Origin: Dehalococcoidia bacterium
GTDB lineage: Bacteria > Chloroflexota > Dehalococcoidia > UBA2979
Reading direction: 5' to 3'
DNA length: 24,000 nt
Assembly (NCBI GenBank): GCA_963667465.2
Contig: CAXXDN010000001.1
Location: 1 to 24,000 of the forward strand
Positions 21,379-24,000 of the stretch are shown here, piece by piece (the stretch's first letter is position 1; every line of letters starts with the position of its first letter). Both the position numbers and the translations under genes were made by a program. Below the pieces are notes generated by a model. That model was not told the DNA's origin and ran no database searches. It worked only from the letters and a program-made list of their open reading frames with translations.

Positions 21379-22692
21379 TTGAAGCAGACCTCCCGGACAC
21401 GGCGTCGAGCGCTGCTCGCGGCCGCGCTTGCCGCAGCCGCACTGCTTGCCTCGGCCCCCCTCGCGACACCCGTCGACGCTGAGAACCGGCCGTTCGACGA
21501 GATGTGCGACGAACTGCACGCCGCTGCCGCCGACTTCGAGGGACGCGTCGCCTTCGTCGTCCACGACCTGACCGCGGGGTCGCGCTGCGAGCGCGCCCCC
21601 GGTGCCATCCACACGACCGCCTCGCTCTACAAGCTGGTCGTGCTCGCCGAGGCGCACCGGCAGCGGGAGACGGGGACCTTCTCATTCGACGAGCCAATCC
21701 TGCGGTTCCGCGCCAGGGACGCGATCCACAGCATGATCCAGCTCTCCAGCAACGACACCGCGCACGCGCTGCTCCAACGCCTCGGTCCCGAGAACGTCGC
21801 GGCGCTCGCGCCCACACTGGGCATGAGCAACACCGTCATCGTCGATGACGTGAACGAGGACGACACGACGACTGCAGCCGACATCGCGCACTTCTTCATC
21901 GAGCTGCACGCGCGGCGCCTGATCAGCCCGGAGGCGGACGCGGCGATGCACGACGTGCTGCTGGGGCAGGAAGTCCGCGATCGCATCCCCTGGCTGCTGC
22001 CGCCGGAAGTCCCCATCGCGCACAAGACAGGACGCCTCGATCGCTCCGCCCACGACGCCGGCATCGTCTACGCACCCGGCGGCGCGTACGTGCTGGTGCT
22101 GCTGACCGAGGGCGCGCCGTACCAGAACTGGAATCCGGGCCACGAGGCGATTCGCCAGCTGGCCGCGCTTTCGTATACGGCCTACAGCCAACCGGCCGGG
22201 GCAACTCCGACACCCACGCCGACGGCCGAGGCAACTCCGACACCCACGCCGACGGCCGAGGCAACTCCGGCACCGACACCGACACCGACCGAAACCCCGG
22301 AGCCAACTCCGACAGCGACCCTCGAGCCAACTGCAACGCCCGAACCCACGCCCACGCCGACACCTTCGCCAACTCCAACGCCCACCACCACTCCGACAGC
22401 GACTCCCGATCCAGCGCCGGCAGAGACGCCGCCGCCCGCGGCAGTCGCCGCCGCCGCGCTCTCGCCCACCGCCACGCCCGAGGCGACGACGCTGGCAGCG
22501 GCGGCGACACGCCAGGGCAGCGCCAACGCGCAGCCTGCCGCCAGGCCGGGATCCGCCGGAACGAGATTCGGACTTCCGCAGGCCGGCTTGCTCGCGCTCG
22601 CCGTCGCACTCGCGCTCGTGGCGCTGGAGCTGCTGGCCCCGCAATGGCGCCCGTGGAAGGTGGCCGCTTCCGAGGAGGATGCGGGGGACTGA
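21379..22692 (+). CDS. Class A beta-lactamase-fold serine hydrolase with Pro/Thr-rich linker and C-terminal TM anchor
   Basis: Motifs are S-x-x-K (TASLYKL), S-x-N (LSSNDTA) and K-T-G (HKTGR). The N-terminus is Tat/Sec-like ([20 protein letters not shown]). TTG 21379 is the only plausible start before the signal. About 110 aa of PT-rich linker follow, then the TM segment [18 protein letters not shown]. Confidence 0.75.
   Translation: MKQTSRTRRRALLAAALAAAALLASAPLATPVDAENRPFDEMCDELHAAAADFEGRVAFVVHDLTAGSRCERAPGAIHTTASLYKLVVLAEAHRQRETGTFSFDEPILRFRARDAIHSMIQLSSNDTAHALLQRLGPENVAALAPTLGMSNTVIVDDVNEDDTTTAADIAHFFIELHARRLISPEADAAMHDVLLGQEVRDRIPWLLPPEVPIAHKTGRLDRSAHDAGIVYAPGGAYVLVLLTEGAPYQNWNPGHEAIRQLAALSYTAYSQPAGATPTPTPTAEATPTPTPTAEATPAPTPTPTETPEPTPTATLEPTATPEPTPTPTPSPTPTPTTTPTATPDPAPAETPPPAAVAAAALSPTATPEATTLAAAATRQGSANAQPAARPGSAGTRFGLPQAGLLALAVALALVALELLAPQWRPWKVAASEEDAGD
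22201..22269 (+). repeat. Perfect 30-bp tandem repeat (2.3 copies) inside the PT-rich linker
   Basis: gcaactccgacacccacgccgacggccgag occurs at 22201-22230 and again at 22231-22260, with a partial third copy. Confidence 0.9.
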
Positions 22693-22699
22693 CGGAGCC

Positions 22700-23500
22700 C
22701 TACGGCTCCTCCAGCACGGGGGGCTCCCCGATGATCACGCCTGTCGAGAGGTCGAGCGGCGGCAGCGCGTCGTCCTCCAGCTCGGCGAGGTCGACGACGT
22801 TCCCCGCTTCGATCTCGCGCTCGATCTCGCCCAGGCGCTCCTCGCGGCGCTCGCGCGCCTCCTCGGTCAGCTCCAGTTCCTCGGCGATGCGGTCGGCGAG
22901 CACGTTCGAGGGCGACTCGAAGTCGCGAGGCAGGCGCGCCTCGATCGCGGCGTCCAGCGCGGCGTACTCGTTGCCGCCGAGGAAGTGCAGCGGGCGTGTC
23001 TCTTCCGCGCCGAGCAGCCAGCGCTCGCCGAAGGAGCGCTCGTCCACGTGCACCGCCACGGCGATGGCGATGCACAGCTCGTGGTCGCCGAAGGGGAGCA
23101 CCTCCTGCAGCTCGCACTCCACCCAGGCCACGCAGCCCTTGAGCAGCGGCGCGTCGATGTGCGTCGCCGTGAACGTCTCCAGCCGCGTGGCGTCGAACTT
23201 GTCGATCTCCTCGCCGCTGTAGGAGCCGAGGTACTGGACCAGGTGCAGCAGCGGACGCGCCGGGATGTTGAGGGCGAACTGCTCCGCGGCGCGGATCAGC
23301 TCCAGTGAGTGGCGCGTCTGGTGCAGCGCGACGCCGACCAGCGGCGGGTCTGCCGAGAGCGGCGTGTGCCAGGCCACCGGCAGCACGTTGTCCACGCCTC
23401 GATCGTGCGTGGTGACGAGCGCAACCGGCCCGCCGAGCAGGATGCGGGATGTTGCCGTCGCGGGACGGCGTTCGACACCGTCGGGGGGATGTTCGATCAC
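22700..23500 (-). CDS. Flavin reductase-like (FMN-binding split-barrel) protein with acidic C-terminal extension
   Basis: GPVALVTTHDRGVDNVLPVAWHTPLSADPPLVGVAL…FALNIP… is typical of the flavin reductase domain. GTG start. Confidence 0.8.
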   Translation of the reverse strand: MIEHPPDGVERRPATATSRILLGGPVALVTTHDRGVDNVLPVAWHTPLSADPPLVGVALHQTRHSLELIRAAEQFALNIPARPLLHLVQYLGSYSGEEIDKFDATRLETFTATHIDAPLLKGCVAWVECELQEVLPFGDHELCIAIAVAVHVDERSFGERWLLGAEETRPLHFLGGNEYAALDAAIEARLPRDFESPSNVLADRIAEELELTEEARERREERLGEIEREIEAGNVVDLAELEDDALPPLDLSTGVIIGEPPVLEEP

Positions 23501-23528
23501 GTCCGGAGTATAGGACGCGGCGAGGCGG

Positions 23529-24000
23529 CTACGCTCCGTCCAGCACGGCGATCAGCGCCTCCTCGAGCTCCTCCTCCGGCGCGAACGCCTCGAAGCGCCC
23601 GGCCACCAGGCCGTCCGCGCCGATGATGAAGGTCCACTCGGGTGTGTGCAGGCCCCACTCCCGCAGCAGCGGCGTCTCGATCGCCACGCCCAGGCCCATC
23701 GTGCGGATCTCCTCCGGGTTCTCGTAGAGATCGACGTGGATGAAGTTCGCGCGATCGCCGTGGCGCTCGCGCAGCACGGTCAGGATCTCGGCCTGCGGGC
23801 CGCACAGCGCGTTCGTGCAGAAGCCCGGGCTGGCGAAGACGATCACGAACGGGCGGCCTGCCTCGATCGCCTCGGCGACCGTCAGCGCGTAGAGCGCCGG
23901 GTCCGGCTCGGCGCCGGTGGAGAGCTGGTAGACGGACTCCACGTCCTCGAGCGTGCGGTTGAGGCTCGCCGGCGCCGGCTCGCCCACGTCCGGCGCGAGC
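23529..24000 (-). CDS. Thioredoxin-fold (redoxin/TlpA-like) protein, probably 5'-truncated by the window edge
   Basis: FVIVFASPGFCTNALCGPQ…FIHVDL…WTFIIGADGLVAGRFE is a redoxin-like pattern. The frame stays open to the window end, so the GTG at 23987 may not be the true start. Confidence 0.6.
   Translation of the reverse strand, partial: LAPDVGEPAPASLNRTLEDVESVYQLSTGAEPDPALYALTVAEAIEAGRPFVIVFASPGFCTNALCGPQAEILTVLRERHGDRANFIHVDLYENPEEIRTMGLGVAIETPLLREWGLHTPEWTFIIGADGLVAGRFEAFAPEEELEEALIAVLDGA

Overview
Very GC-rich (about 70%) bacterial chromosomal window with strong GC3 codon bias, so long spurious ORFs occur in every frame. All calls rest on motifs I recognise, GC3 phase, start/RBS context and translational coupling; no database search was possible. 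(i) 1-7965 is a mirror-image (inverted) duplication of a two-gene cell-surface cassette: a large Ig-like-repeat protein plus a small secreted protein with an LPXTG-like C-terminal anchor. The two arms converge on a core packed with REP-like palindromes, a DUF559 endonuclease-like gene and an IS110-family insertion sequence sitting precisely inside a REP hairpin. The left large gene is disrupted at its 5' end. (ii) 7990-12810 is a plus-strand string of seven mostly translationally coupled genes, including a phage terminase large subunit, a Cys4+HTH protein and an SPP1-type portal. It has no capsid, tail, protease or integrase, so it is an orphan packaging module, split by nested REP/MITE-like repeats. 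(iii) 12826-16379 holds a secreted HExxH metalloprotease, a small secreted protein and an ECF sigma / putative anti-sigma pair. (iv) 16571-24000 holds housekeeping-type genes: a YqeK-like HD hydrolase, HtpX, two acyl-CoA dehydrogenases, a membrane-anchored class-A beta-lactamase-fold protein, a flavin-reductase-like protein and a partial thioredoxin-fold protein. I saw no rRNA, tRNA or CRISPR array. Taxon cannot be determined without a search.
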